From NCBI GenBank assembly GCA_016215335.1, contig JACRKE010000026.1, positions 1,711 through 65,710 of the forward strand: 64,000 nt of DNA, in the 5' to 3' direction. Of the stretch, positions 41,146 through 50,390 are shown piece by piece. This stretch comes from Candidatus Vogelbacteria bacterium (GTDB lineage Bacteria > Patescibacteriota > Minisyncoccia > Phycocordibacterales > JACRKE01). Numbering within the stretch: the first letter of the stretch is position 1; every line of letters starts with the position of its first letter. The position numbers and the translations under genes are program-made. The notes under the pieces are model-generated. The model had not been told where the DNA came from. It did no database searches and saw only the letters and a program-made list of their open reading frames with translations.

Positions 41146-42069
41146 ATGGCAATTAATATGGCCCGCGACATTATAAAAAAAATATCAGAGCTCTTAATAC
41201 ATATTGAGGATAATAATGACTTAAAGAATGTTGTGCACAGTCTTGAAGGATTTAGTGGGAAAAAAATAATTGCCACACTGCAAGGAATTACAAAGATACT
41301 TTGTGAAGATTCAGTATATCTTGAGATAGGTGTTTTCCGTGGGCTTACGCTTTTGTCGAATGCTTTCGAAAACAAAAAAGTTCCGTGTTGCGGTATAGAT
41401 AATTTTTCATTATTCGATGCTGAAAGAAATAACCGTCGTATTATAGAAACGAATATAAATCAATTAGGTTTATCTAACGTAAACATTATCGATCGCGACT
41501 ATGAGGACGCTCTTGGATCATTAACTGATTATATTGGAGCGAAAAAGGTTGGGGTTTTCTTTGTGGATGGTCCACATGATTATCGATCTCAGTTAGTTTC
41601 ACTTTTGTGGATAGTTCCGCATCTGGCCGATAATTGCGCGATAATAATAGACGATGCTAATTACTCTCATGTGCGTCAAGCAACAAACGATTTTTTGCGT
41701 ACGTTTCCCGACTTTGCGCTTATAGCAGAAGCTTATACCCCTAAACACCCCGCAAATATGAATGATGAGGAAAAAAGAAATGCGCTTAATGGTTGGTGGA
41801 ACGGTATAAATATTATAGTGCGCGATCCCGAAAGATTGATATCGAGAAAATTGGCAAAAGAAGATAATAAAAAACTACATTTTGCATCCCACGACATTTT
41901 CCGGCACGAATTTGCCGATGTAGCCTTTGATATCATGAGGCTCGCTCAATTGGCTAAATTTGATGAATTGAAGAAACTTATTGCAAAACATAAAAGCGAT
42001 TATCCTGAATTCTTCGAACACCAGAATACTTTTAGTGACTCTCTTACGCGTTTTGTGGTGTACAGTTGA
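41146..42069 (+). CDS. class I SAM-dependent methyltransferase (Methyltransf_24-like)
   Basis: YLEIGVFRG, FFVDGPHDY, IIIDD. Confidence 0.82.
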   Translation: MAINMARDIIKKISELLIHIEDNNDLKNVVHSLEGFSGKKIIATLQGITKILCEDSVYLEIGVFRGLTLLSNAFENKKVPCCGIDNFSLFDAERNNRRIIETNINQLGLSNVNIIDRDYEDALGSLTDYIGAKKVGVFFVDGPHDYRSQLVSLLWIVPHLADNCAIIIDDANYSHVRQATNDFLRTFPDFALIAEAYTPKHPANMNDEEKRNALNGWWNGINIIVRDPERLISRKLAKEDNKKLHFASHDIFRHEFADVAFDIMRLAQLAKFDELKKLIAKHKSDYPEFFEHQNTFSDSLTRFVVYS

Positions 42070-42116
42070 TTAACAAGTAATATATCTGCCAGTTTGCTAT
42101 CGAGGTCATATTCAAA

Positions 42117-42773
42117 TCAGTATTTTTTAATGATAACAGGAACTCCTTTTCGTGCTACAACATACACATTAGCGTAAGCGGCTCCATTTTTGGACAATGC
42201 ATCCAGTCGGTAGGCTGTTGCTTTAATGAGGCGCATGAGAATGTTTCTTAACTTTCGTTTTAGCTTTGACAATGAAGACATCTCGTAGTGACTAAATCTT
42301 GAAAAGTGAATCATTTCTGCCAATACGGAAGGTGTCTTCCCGTAGCAACCGCTTTCCTCTATTATAAATGATTCATTTTCGAACAGGCTTTCCAGTCCCT
42401 CTTTTGTATAGCGGAAAAAATCGTATGGATCTGCATGAAAAGGAATCATAAATGGCGCCGTAATTATACATACTCCACCCGGTTTTAGAATACGTCTAAT
42501 CTCTCCGACAACAACCCATGGTTTTTCCACGTGTTCCAACATCTGGGTTGAGATGACAGTATTAAATGAATCATTTGAAAAAGGAGTATCGGTAGCATCT
42601 CCTGTAACATCGATATTATTTCCGGGCACCATATCAAAAGTTATGTACTCACTTGTGTGCGAAGCAATAAGTCCTTTATATTTTGCGCTCCCAGCACCAA
42701 AGTCGAGTGTCTTTCCTGAAATATATTTACTAAGATATGCCACAACGGCACGAGTGTTTTTCAAATTGTCCAT
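42117..42773 (-). CDS. SAM-dependent methyltransferase
   Basis: LDFGAG, QMLEHV, RILKPGG, PYDFFRYT. Confidence 0.88.
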   Translation of the reverse strand: MDNLKNTRAVVAYLSKYISGKTLDFGAGSAKYKGLIASHTSEYITFDMVPGNNIDVTGDATDTPFSNDSFNTVISTQMLEHVEKPWVVVGEIRRILKPGGVCIITAPFMIPFHADPYDFFRYTKEGLESLFENESFIIEESGCYGKTPSVLAEMIHFSRFSHYEMSSLSKLKRKLRNILMRLIKATAYRLDALSKNGAAYANVYVVARKGVPVIIKKY

Positions 42774-42785
42774 GATTAAATATTA

Positions 42786-43514
42786 TTACAACAATTCACC
42801 GTTTGTTAAATACACGCAACTCTTTCTTTCACAAGCGTACTGCAAAAATTTTTCAAGATCATTCCACATACCATATTTTTCGATTTCCCACGAATGTCCC
42901 CATAAATGAAATACTTCACCCGTTTTAATCGCACTATCAAAAGTGGCTTTTGTTGCGCTTAACCATGAGTACATTGATCGTGTGGGTACTCCGAGATGTT
43001 TGAGATTAAAAGCCCTTTGCGCATATGGCTCAAAAAGTTTTCTTAGGTAATATCGTTTTGCTCCCAACTTGCGAAAAGGAAATGGATACACCTGAATTGT
43101 CGTATTCATGCGAAAAGGATAAATAGGAGAATTTATAAACCCCAAACCTGTGGTTCGCGCTCCAATAAAACCAGCTTCTTTTACTGCAGTTACCACAGAG
43201 TCGTCATAAAATCCTTTTGGATAGCAAAACATTTTTACCTCAAAGTCTAAAAGATTTTCAAGCCACTTTTTACTGCCGGCGATTTCTTCTCTTTGCTTTT
43301 CAGGCGATAATTCACGTAGGTCTGGATGTGTTAGGGTGTGTGCCCCTATTTCCTGCGTAGTGGCAAGGCGTTTGATGTCATCATCTGTTAGGCGATTCAG
43401 GCGCAACTCTTTTGTTATATAAAATGTCCCCTTGATACCATATCGAATTAACATGTCCGAAAGTCGGTTGTCTAGGATGTCCCCGTCGTCCCAACTAGTT
43501 GTTACTTTAAGCAT
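42786..43514 (-). CDS. polysaccharide deacetylase (CE4/NodB)
   Basis: TSWDDG, EIGAHTLTHPDL, FCYPKG, LWGHSWE. Confidence 0.9.
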   Translation of the reverse strand: MLKVTTSWDDGDILDNRLSDMLIRYGIKGTFYITKELRLNRLTDDDIKRLATTQEIGAHTLTHPDLRELSPEKQREEIAGSKKWLENLLDFEVKMFCYPKGFYDDSVVTAVKEAGFIGARTTGLGFINSPIYPFRMNTTIQVYPFPFRKLGAKRYYLRKLFEPYAQRAFNLKHLGVPTRSMYSWLSATKATFDSAIKTGEVFHLWGHSWEIEKYGMWNDLEKFLQYACERKSCVYLTNGELL

Positions 43515-44180
43515 TTATCGTGAGTTAATTGAACTGCTTTTTTGGGCTATTAAAATATAACCGTGGGTAAATAATTTGTTAGCTCGACTATCGTCTCGAC
43601 TATCTAGAAAAATAGCCCAAGTGCCCAAAATTTTTAGCCGTAGGCTAAATATTTTGGCGAACCATTTATTGTTTGGACGAATACGTTCAATCCAATAACG
43701 TGCTTTGAGTTGAGCCATAATACTCCAATAACCACCTCTTCGTTCGAGCACCTTGATTTCGAATCCGACATCTTCGGCCAAACGTCGCAAGCCATGTATG
43801 GTGAATCGCCAAAAATCAAATGGTTCATCGTGTAGCGGGTCAAAAAGATTCTCGGTTATAAGCACTACGTCACCAGGCCGTAAAACTCTGTACAGTTCAT
43901 TAAAGGCCTTAGAAAGTTCATATACATCTCCTAAAACTTGAGTACAGACAATTGAGTTAAACGCTTGATCCTTGAATGGTATCATTTCGATTCTGCCTAC
44001 TACATCAACATTTTTGCCGGGTTCGATATCCATTTTAACATATTCATCAAACTGAAATAGATTCTGATAGCGCGAAAAACTACCAGACCCAATGTCTAAA
44101 ACTCGTCCATTTATTAAGCTGGAATACTTCTTGATTTGTTGGTAAAGCTCTATTCGTCCCGTTTTGTATATGTATGTCAT
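43515..44180 (-). CDS. SAM-dependent methyltransferase (similar to 42117-42773)
   Basis: LDIGSG, RVLRPG, PFDFWRFT. Confidence 0.85.
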   Translation of the reverse strand: MTYIYKTGRIELYQQIKKYSSLINGRVLDIGSGSFSRYQNLFQFDEYVKMDIEPGKNVDVVGRIEMIPFKDQAFNSIVCTQVLGDVYELSKAFNELYRVLRPGDVVLITENLFDPLHDEPFDFWRFTIHGLRRLAEDVGFEIKVLERRGGYWSIMAQLKARYWIERIRPNNKWFAKIFSLRLKILGTWAIFLDSRDDSRANKLFTHGYILIAQKSSSINSR

Positions 44181-44202
44181 AATTGTATTGTTAGTATGGG
44201 AG

Positions 44203-45483
44203 TTATTCGCTTGTTGATATTTTCCAGACCATTATATTGATCAAGAATGAGACAAAAGAAAAAGACACTTTTGCTATAATCAGACCCAAGATTCCACCCC
44301 ATATTCCCAGAACTATATAGAGCAAAATCTGAGTAGTGTTTTGCACAAGGCTACTTACAAAAATTGATTTCGTTAATTTTTGAGCTGTGAGAATAAGGCC
44401 CACATAACGGTTGGGTAAGGCGAAAATAATACTAATTGCCAACAATTGAGAATAAAACAATCCGTCAATATATTTTGGAATCAAATATTTAAACAAAAAG
44501 GGCGACAAGACAACATAAGCCAATGTGCAAATCGCACCTATTACTAAGCCTTGGATAATCCGTCTTCTGAAAATAGAGTTTATCTCAGTGGCTGTTTTTG
44601 AAGCAAACTTTGGGAAGCCTAAGCTGGTATAATCTTTGAGCATTCCCGTGGCGCGATTAGGCATGGCATTTGCTAATGAGTATACAGCTAAGGAAGAAGC
44701 CCCCCAAAAGTGAACAAGGACTATACTGTCTATTTGAGCCACAATCTTTCCGAGGTAGCCGATAAATGTTAGGTTGCGCCCATAGTTTATAACTTCCTTT
44801 ATTTCTGATTTTGGGCCAGAAACAGCACTTGGAGGCCGATAGATTCTTGTTACTGCTACATAGAAGATTAAATTTGAGATAAATGTTGTAAGAGAGTAGG
44901 CGACAATTAGCCAGACAACCAAATCGCCACTTAAGTAAATGGCTGTAATCATACCAACTACATATATCAAGGTAGAGACAAAACCACACAAGTTTACGAC
45001 TTTGAACTTCTTTTTTCCTGCTAGGTATGAATTGTATGTATTAAGTGTTGCAGTTAATGGTGAGAATATACCCATTACCCATATAGAAATAGCGAGAGTT
45101 GGATTGCCGTTTAGTAAGTAATAAGAGCCCAAGACCAGTGCCGCTCCGAACATTAATAAATTCCATTTTAATTGGTATATGATAGAAGCTTTGAATGCGT
45201 ATTCTTTTCCGGCCGCAACGGCTTGTGTGACAGCTTCATTCATGCCGGTTAGGGTGAAAATATTTAATATTCCAGCTATTGATAAAATATATCGGTAAAG
45301 ACCATATGTTTCCTTATTAACTAGGTTAGCAAAAATTATTACTAAAACTAGAGATAGAACACTACTGCTGATTTGTCCAAAAAACACCCAAAAACCGTTT
45401 TTTGCAACATACACCATGTCTGTTTTAAACAGATGTTCATGCTTGCGTAGCACGTTGTATAACGTAGACTTAAGAAACTGCAT
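44203..45483 (-). CDS. Wzx-type oligosaccharide flippase
   Basis: polytopic MOP-family pattern, YGLYRYILS, D.IVL..FWG...LAVYSLA. Confidence 0.85.
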   Translation of the reverse strand: MQFLKSTLYNVLRKHEHLFKTDMVYVAKNGFWVFFGQISSSVLSLVLVIIFANLVNKETYGLYRYILSIAGILNIFTLTGMNEAVTQAVAAGKEYAFKASIIYQLKWNLLMFGAALVLGSYYLLNGNPTLAISIWVMGIFSPLTATLNTYNSYLAGKKKFKVVNLCGFVSTLIYVVGMITAIYLSGDLVVWLIVAYSLTTFISNLIFYVAVTRIYRPPSAVSGPKSEIKEVINYGRNLTFIGYLGKIVAQIDSIVLVHFWGASSLAVYSLANAMPNRATGMLKDYTSLGFPKFASKTATEINSIFRRRIIQGLVIGAICTLAYVVLSPFLFKYLIPKYIDGLFYSQLLAISIIFALPNRYVGLILTAQKLTKSIFVSSLVQNTTQILLYIVLGIWGGILGLIIAKVSFSFVSFLINIMVWKISTSE

Positions 45484-45537
45484 ATTTCATAAATTATATC
45501 ACACAATCAATGTATTGTATAATATGCTTTACCCGAG

Positions 45538-45715
45538 GGCTTTATCGGTTTCCGTGTTGCAAAAAAACTTTTAGAAAGTGGCCACACTGTAGTCGGAATT
45601 GATTGTATCAGGGTTTGCGTCAAGGATTAAGATTGAAGAAGGAGTGAACAGATTTGTTGATTGGTTTTTGGAAAATAAAAACTGGTTACTTAAGCTTAAA
45701 GAGCCCAAGCAATAG
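45538..45715 (+). pseudogene. internally deleted NAD-dependent epimerase (UDP-glucuronate 4-epimerase-like) remnant
   Basis: GFIGFRVAKKLLESGHTVVGID (N-terminus) abuts GFASRIKIEEGVNRFVDWF...* (C-terminus) in another frame. Confidence 0.75.
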
Positions 45716-45758
45716 CTTAAAAGCTTGGCTTTTCTCTCACGAGTGTTATATTAGACCA

Positions 45759-47954
45759 ATGCAAACAAATAAGTGGCTTAGATGGGGGATACTTGCGGGA
45801 CTTTTTGTCACACCTTTTATAGCCTTTATAGTGCCTTACAGCACTTTTTTCCCATTCATTACGGGTAAAAACTTTGTTTTTAGGATTCTCGTGGAAATTA
45901 TATTCGCTCTTTGGCTCGTACTTTGCCTACACGATAAGTCTTATTGGCCTCGCAAGAGCTGGATAATGTGGTCAGCGACAACTTTTGTCATCGTTCTTGC
46001 GATTGCAGATATTTTTGGTGCTAATCAGGAGAGAAGTTTCTGGTCAAATTACGAACGTATGGAAGGGCTTGTTATGCACTTGCATTTGTTTATGTATTTC
46101 TTGATGGCTTCCTCCGTAATGGTTGCTTACAGTTCTGTTGAACAAAGCAGAAAAGTTTGGCATTGGCTATTCAACACATCAATTGGTGCTTCGGTCATAA
46201 TGATGCTCTATGCCTTTATGCAGGCTGCTGGCAAATTTGATGTGCATCAAGGCGTAACGAGATTGGACGCCACTCTCGGCAATTCCGCGTATATGGCCAT
46301 CTATATGGTATTTCATATATTCTTCCTGTTCTACTTTATTTGTGAAGTCACTACCTCTAAGGCCATGAAGTGGTTTTATGGCGTGGTTGCATTTCTAGAG
46401 GTAATCATTTTATACAAAACAGCGACTAGGGGTGCAATTATCGGGCTCGTTGTTGGGGTACTTGCCTCGCTCGTAATTTATGCTGTTAGATCAAAAGAAT
46501 CTGAACATGCAAAAAAAGTTGTTTATGGAGCTATCGCTGCAATCGTACTGGTGATTCTTGTTTTCTTCGCTGTGCAGAACACTTCTCTTGTGCAAAATAA
46601 TCCAACACTACAACGTTTTACAGTGAAGACTCTCGTAGATACCGTCTATACTCGTTCCACAATCTGGAGTATGGCGTTCGAGGGCTTCAAGGAGAATCCG
46701 GTTTTGGGTTGGGGACAGGACAATTTCAATTTCGTATTTAACAAATACTACAGCTCATCACTTTACGCGCAGGAGCCGTGGTTTGATCGAGCGCACAATG
46801 TGTTCTTCGATTGGCTCATTGCTGGAGGCTTGCTCGGTCTGCTAGCTTATCTAGCGCTTTATATTTCAGGGCTTTGGACACTTTGGAAACTTCATGATGA
46901 TAAGATGTCGATTGCCGCAAAAGCAATTTTCACCGGGCTTTTCGTGGCTTACTTCGTACACAATTTTACAGTATTCGATAATCTTATAAGCTACGTACTT
47001 TTCTTCACTGTCCTTGCTTTTATCCATTCTATTTCGCTACCACACCATGAAAAACATGTCTCGGAGGTGTTCCAAATGCCTGAAGCTTACCGATACGCGA
47101 TGATTGCGCTTGTGGTAGTTCTTGCTGTTGTTACCATTTACAAAGTAAATGTGCCGGCTATTCAAGCAAACCGAGTTCTTCTAAAAGCGATTAATCCCAC
47201 ATACCCAATTTCCGAACAGATAAATAACTTCAAAACGGCGATCGAGCTTGATTCATTCGGTACTCCCGAGGCGCGCGAACAACTCATGCAGTCCGCCATA
47301 AGGCAGATACAAGGAAACGGTACACAAGCCGAAAAAGAGCAGTACCTGATGTATGCCGAACAGCAGATGCTTAAGCAGATTACAGAATCGCCAAATGACG
47401 CACGCTACAGAGTTTTCATTGGAACTTTCTACGAGCAACTCGGCAAACATGAGCTGGCTATAACTGAACTTGGCAAAGCACATGAGTTATCACCGGGCAA
47501 GCAAACGATTCTATTCGGCTTGACGAGTGCGTATTTGAATTTGAAAAATTATCCAAAAGCTTTAGAGCTAGCGAAACAAGCGTATGAGCTTGAGCCTCGA
47601 TTTGATGAAGCTGCTTACAACTATTTAGCTACATTAATTTATTCAGGTAAGTCAGACGAAGTCGACCAGCTTATTCAAAATAGGTTTGAAGGCCAACCCG
47701 TAACTTACGGAACGGTTATTGCCGCCTACGCCGCAACTAAACAGTATTCAAAATTGATCAAAATCTGGCAGGATAGAATAAAGTCGGAACCGACGAATGG
47801 CCAGAATTACGTCTCTCTGGCCGCGACATATCTTGCTATGGGTGAGCGACAGCTTGCTATAGAACAACTCAAGTCTGCTATTCAGGTGAATCCTGGTTTT
47901 AAGGACCAAGGCGAATTTTATATTAAAGAGATTCAGGCGGGGAGGAATCCTTGA
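45759..47954 (+). CDS. O-antigen ligase/PglL-like oligosaccharyltransferase with C-terminal TPR repeats
   Basis: TLGN, TATRGA, R..IW..A, LGWGQDNF, DRAHN Wzy_C motifs; TPR-like helical tail. Confidence 0.88.
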   Translation: MQTNKWLRWGILAGLFVTPFIAFIVPYSTFFPFITGKNFVFRILVEIIFALWLVLCLHDKSYWPRKSWIMWSATTFVIVLAIADIFGANQERSFWSNYERMEGLVMHLHLFMYFLMASSVMVAYSSVEQSRKVWHWLFNTSIGASVIMMLYAFMQAAGKFDVHQGVTRLDATLGNSAYMAIYMVFHIFFLFYFICEVTTSKAMKWFYGVVAFLEVIILYKTATRGAIIGLVVGVLASLVIYAVRSKESEHAKKVVYGAIAAIVLVILVFFAVQNTSLVQNNPTLQRFTVKTLVDTVYTRSTIWSMAFEGFKENPVLGWGQDNFNFVFNKYYSSSLYAQEPWFDRAHNVFFDWLIAGGLLGLLAYLALYISGLWTLWKLHDDKMSIAAKAIFTGLFVAYFVHNFTVFDNLISYVLFFTVLAFIHSISLPHHEKHVSEVFQMPEAYRYAMIALVVVLAVVTIYKVNVPAIQANRVLLKAINPTYPISEQINNFKTAIELDSFGTPEAREQLMQSAIRQIQGNGTQAEKEQYLMYAEQQMLKQITESPNDARYRVFIGTFYEQLGKHELAITELGKAHELSPGKQTILFGLTSAYLNLKNYPKALELAKQAYELEPRFDEAAYNYLATLIYSGKSDEVDQLIQNRFEGQPVTYGTVIAAYAATKQYSKLIKIWQDRIKSEPTNGQNYVSLAATYLAMGERQLAIEQLKSAIQVNPGFKDQGEFYIKEIQAGRNP

Positions 47955-47966
47955 GTTTCTGGATAA

Positions 47967-48050
47967 GTAAATAGTATATTGTACATAGTATATAGGAAAG
48001 AAATCCCCATGCATTATTTTGCTATGTACTATATACTATTTACCATATAC
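47967..48050. repeat. inverted pair of heptamer arrays, empty (28-nt spacer)
   Basis: GTAAATA GTATATT GTACATA GTATATA (47967-47994) ... TATGTAC TATATAC TATTTAC CATATAC (48023-48050). Confidence 0.92.
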
Positions 48051-48057
48051 TAACCCA

Positions 48058-48213
48058 ATGCGTTACACTTGGACATCAGTAGCAATCATAGTTATTTGGA
48101 TTTCCGCGAGTATTCTCATTGTAAGCGGCAGTTTGCCGGATCCTGAAGTTTTCTTCCTCTATCTCATGGCTATCACAGTGGTGCTCTCATACATCGGTTT
48201 TAGGTCAGCATAG
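48058..48213 (+). CDS. 51-aa two-TM small membrane protein
   Basis: MRYTWTSVAIIVIWIS...YIGFRSA; paralog at 50391-50558. Confidence 0.75.
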   Translation: MRYTWTSVAIIVIWISASILIVSGSLPDPEVFFLYLMAITVVLSYIGFRSA

Positions 48214-48222
48214 GACTCAAAA

Positions 48223-48304
48223 GAATATAGTAAATAGTACATTGTATATAGCGGACTGAATCAAATCAGTATTCCCTATATACTATATACGATGTACAAT
48301 ATAC
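48223..48304. repeat. inverted pair of heptamer arrays, empty, with inner ACTGA/TCAGT stem
   Basis: GAATATA GTAAATA GTACATT GTATATA (48223-48250) ... TATATAC TATATAC GATGTAC AATATAC (48277-48304). Confidence 0.92.
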
Positions 48305-48308
48305 TAGT

Positions 48309-49925
48309 ATGACCCTCGACACCTTTCTCGACTTTCTCAATCGCTTCTTTGATCTAGTTGCGATTGCTTTTCGTTTAAGCTGGAAGAAGATGATAATTCA
48401 TCGTGGCAAAACGGTGTATCTGGATGGACCTAAAAGGCTCCGTCTTTTTTTTGAAATCTCCGGAGGTGCGTATTTAAAGATGGGTCAGATTTTGGCACTT
48501 CGTACCGACATGCTTCCTATTCGTTATACGGATGAGCTTCTTAAACTTTTGTCTCAAGTTCCTGCAACAGATTACAGTGAAATGCAAAGAGTTTTCCATG
48601 AGGAGCTTGGAATGCCACCAGAAGAGTATTTCAAAGAGTTTAATCCAAGTCCTATTGCGTCAGCTTCTATTGGTCAAGTATATAGAGCCACACTTAAGTC
48701 TGGTGCATTAGTCGCAGTGAAGATACAGAGGCCCGGTATTCAAGAGCAGTTTGAGAATGATTTCCACGTGGCTAAATTTGGAGCTGATCTACTACATCTT
48801 TTTGGCATACTTAGCGTTGTCGACTGGCATGAAGTCGTAGGAGAATTTATAAACTGGACCAGGAGAGAGCTTGATTTCACCATTGAGGCTAAAAGCGCGG
48901 AGATTATCTCAAATCACTCAAGCAAGAGGCCGCAGACCCACATACCTAAATATTATACGCAGATTTCAACAAGACGAGTGCTTGTGAGCGAGTTTATAGA
49001 AAATTTAAATTCAGTGGAACGAGTTATTTTAGGACGGCTTAAGAATCCTAAGTATTCAGAGAATCTAAAGAAGGATCACAACATCGATTTAGAAGTGATG
49101 GCAGAATATTTCATTGTTGACATGATCCGACAGTTTTTCATTGATGGATTTTTCCATGCGGATCCGCATCCAGCTAATATCTACCTATTAGATGGCAATC
49201 GACTAGGCTACTTGGATTTCGGCATTATTGGAGAAGTAGGGAATAAGCGTATGAACATGCTTCGCCTTTTGTATGCAATGAAGGAGCGAGATACGTACGA
49301 GATGGCCAAGAGTTTCTTCTCCTTCGCGCGCTTCGCATTTACGGAAGACATTGAAATCATGGAAAAATTGGAAAACGCAGCCTCTAAAGAAAAATATAAA
49401 AAAGCACTTGAAAAGATAGAGGAGATTATGGTGGATAATTTGGTTGAAGATCTCCATGCAATATTAGACCCATGGTATTCGGCACTAGATAAGGTACAAA
49501 GTAGTGAAGCAGATGCGAAAGTTCTTCTCGAATACAACGCTGCTCGCGTTTTTTCTAAAATAATAATGACAGCGAAAGATTATTCAATTTATCTACCTAG
49601 AGAAGTTGCGTTGTTCTTTAGAACTATTTCAATTGTTGACATGGTCGCATTAAAGATTTCGCCCAAGACTAATATGTTGAAGGCGATTGATCAGTTCTTT
49701 GTTGAATTTCCATTAGAAACTGCTGAAGAACTTATAACAGAGGGGACTTACGAAAAAGAAATAGAAGAACGAATCGACCCTCTTCACAACTTAACCTACG
49801 AAGAGGTGATAGAATTAAAGGTACGCGATCAGGACAGACTGAATCTTGCACGCGAAAGACTTGCCGATCTTCTTGCGCATTATGCTGAACGCTATGATGA
49901 AGTAAGAATTATACTTAAGGGATAG
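48309..49925 (+). CDS. AarF/UbiB/ABC1 family atypical kinase
   Basis: KMGQ, ASASIGQVYRA, VAVKIQRP, ELDF..EA, FFHADPHPAN, DFG. Confidence 0.92.
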   Translation: MTLDTFLDFLNRFFDLVAIAFRLSWKKMIIHRGKTVYLDGPKRLRLFFEISGGAYLKMGQILALRTDMLPIRYTDELLKLLSQVPATDYSEMQRVFHEELGMPPEEYFKEFNPSPIASASIGQVYRATLKSGALVAVKIQRPGIQEQFENDFHVAKFGADLLHLFGILSVVDWHEVVGEFINWTRRELDFTIEAKSAEIISNHSSKRPQTHIPKYYTQISTRRVLVSEFIENLNSVERVILGRLKNPKYSENLKKDHNIDLEVMAEYFIVDMIRQFFIDGFFHADPHPANIYLLDGNRLGYLDFGIIGEVGNKRMNMLRLLYAMKERDTYEMAKSFFSFARFAFTEDIEIMEKLENAASKEKYKKALEKIEEIMVDNLVEDLHAILDPWYSALDKVQSSEADAKVLLEYNAARVFSKIIMTAKDYSIYLPREVALFFRTISIVDMVALKISPKTNMLKAIDQFFVEFPLETAEELITEGTYEKEIEERIDPLHNLTYEEVIELKVRDQDRLNLARERLADLLAHYAERYDEVRIILKG

Positions 49926-49934
49926 GGAGGGGAA

Positions 49935-49962
49935 GTATATAGTAAATCGAATATAGTATATA
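49935..49962 (-). repeat. heptamer array, left arm of the four-helix-bundle element
   Basis: GTATATA GTAAATC GAATATA GTATATA. Confidence 0.9.
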
Positions 49963-49969
49963 GGAACAG

Positions 49970-50323
49970 ATGATTAATCATTTTAAGGATTTGGTTGTAT
50001 ATCAGAAATCTCATACATTGGCTGTTGAGGTATACAAAGTCACTCGAAAATTTCCTAATTCTGAAATTTTTGCACTCGCAAATCAGATGCAGAGAGCAGC
50101 TGTATCAGTTACCTCAAATATAGCAGAAGGCTTTTCCAGGAAGACTGTTAATGAAAAACTTCAGTTCTATTCATTTTCAAAAGGTTCTCTGTATGAGCTT
50201 CAGAGTCAGCTTTTAATATCTAAGGATCTCGGATATGTTAATCCAGACGCAGTATTTATTCTTGAAAACCTGATTGATGAAGTTGGACGATTATTGACTG
50301 GTGTACAACAAGCTTTGAAATGA
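49970..50323 (+). CDS. four-helix-bundle protein (23S rRNA IVP / Avd-like family)
   Basis: FKDLVVYQKS, FP..E.FAL.NQMQRAAVSVTSNIAEG, GSLYELQSQL...DLGY. Confidence 0.93.
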   Translation: MINHFKDLVVYQKSHTLAVEVYKVTRKFPNSEIFALANQMQRAAVSVTSNIAEGFSRKTVNEKLQFYSFSKGSLYELQSQLLISKDLGYVNPDAVFILENLIDEVGRLLTGVQQALK

Positions 50324-50355
50324 AGGGTACTTCTTATATAATATTCTGAGTTCGC

Positions 50356-50383
50356 TATATACTATTTACTAAATACAATATAC
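50356..50383 (+). repeat. heptamer array, right arm of the four-helix-bundle element
   Basis: TATATAC TATTTAC TAAATAC AATATAC, 7 nt before ATG 50391. Confidence 0.92.
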
Positions 50384-50390
50384 TAATCAC

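Noticed and set aside
49970-50323. Four-helix-bundle gene as part of a DGR or a 23S rRNA intervening sequence
   Set aside because: No reverse transcriptase, TR/VR pair or rRNA sequence was recognised in the window.
47967-50383. Heptamer arrays as a CRISPR array
   Set aside because: Units are 7 bp, degenerate and tandem or inverted, with no unique spacers and no cas genes.
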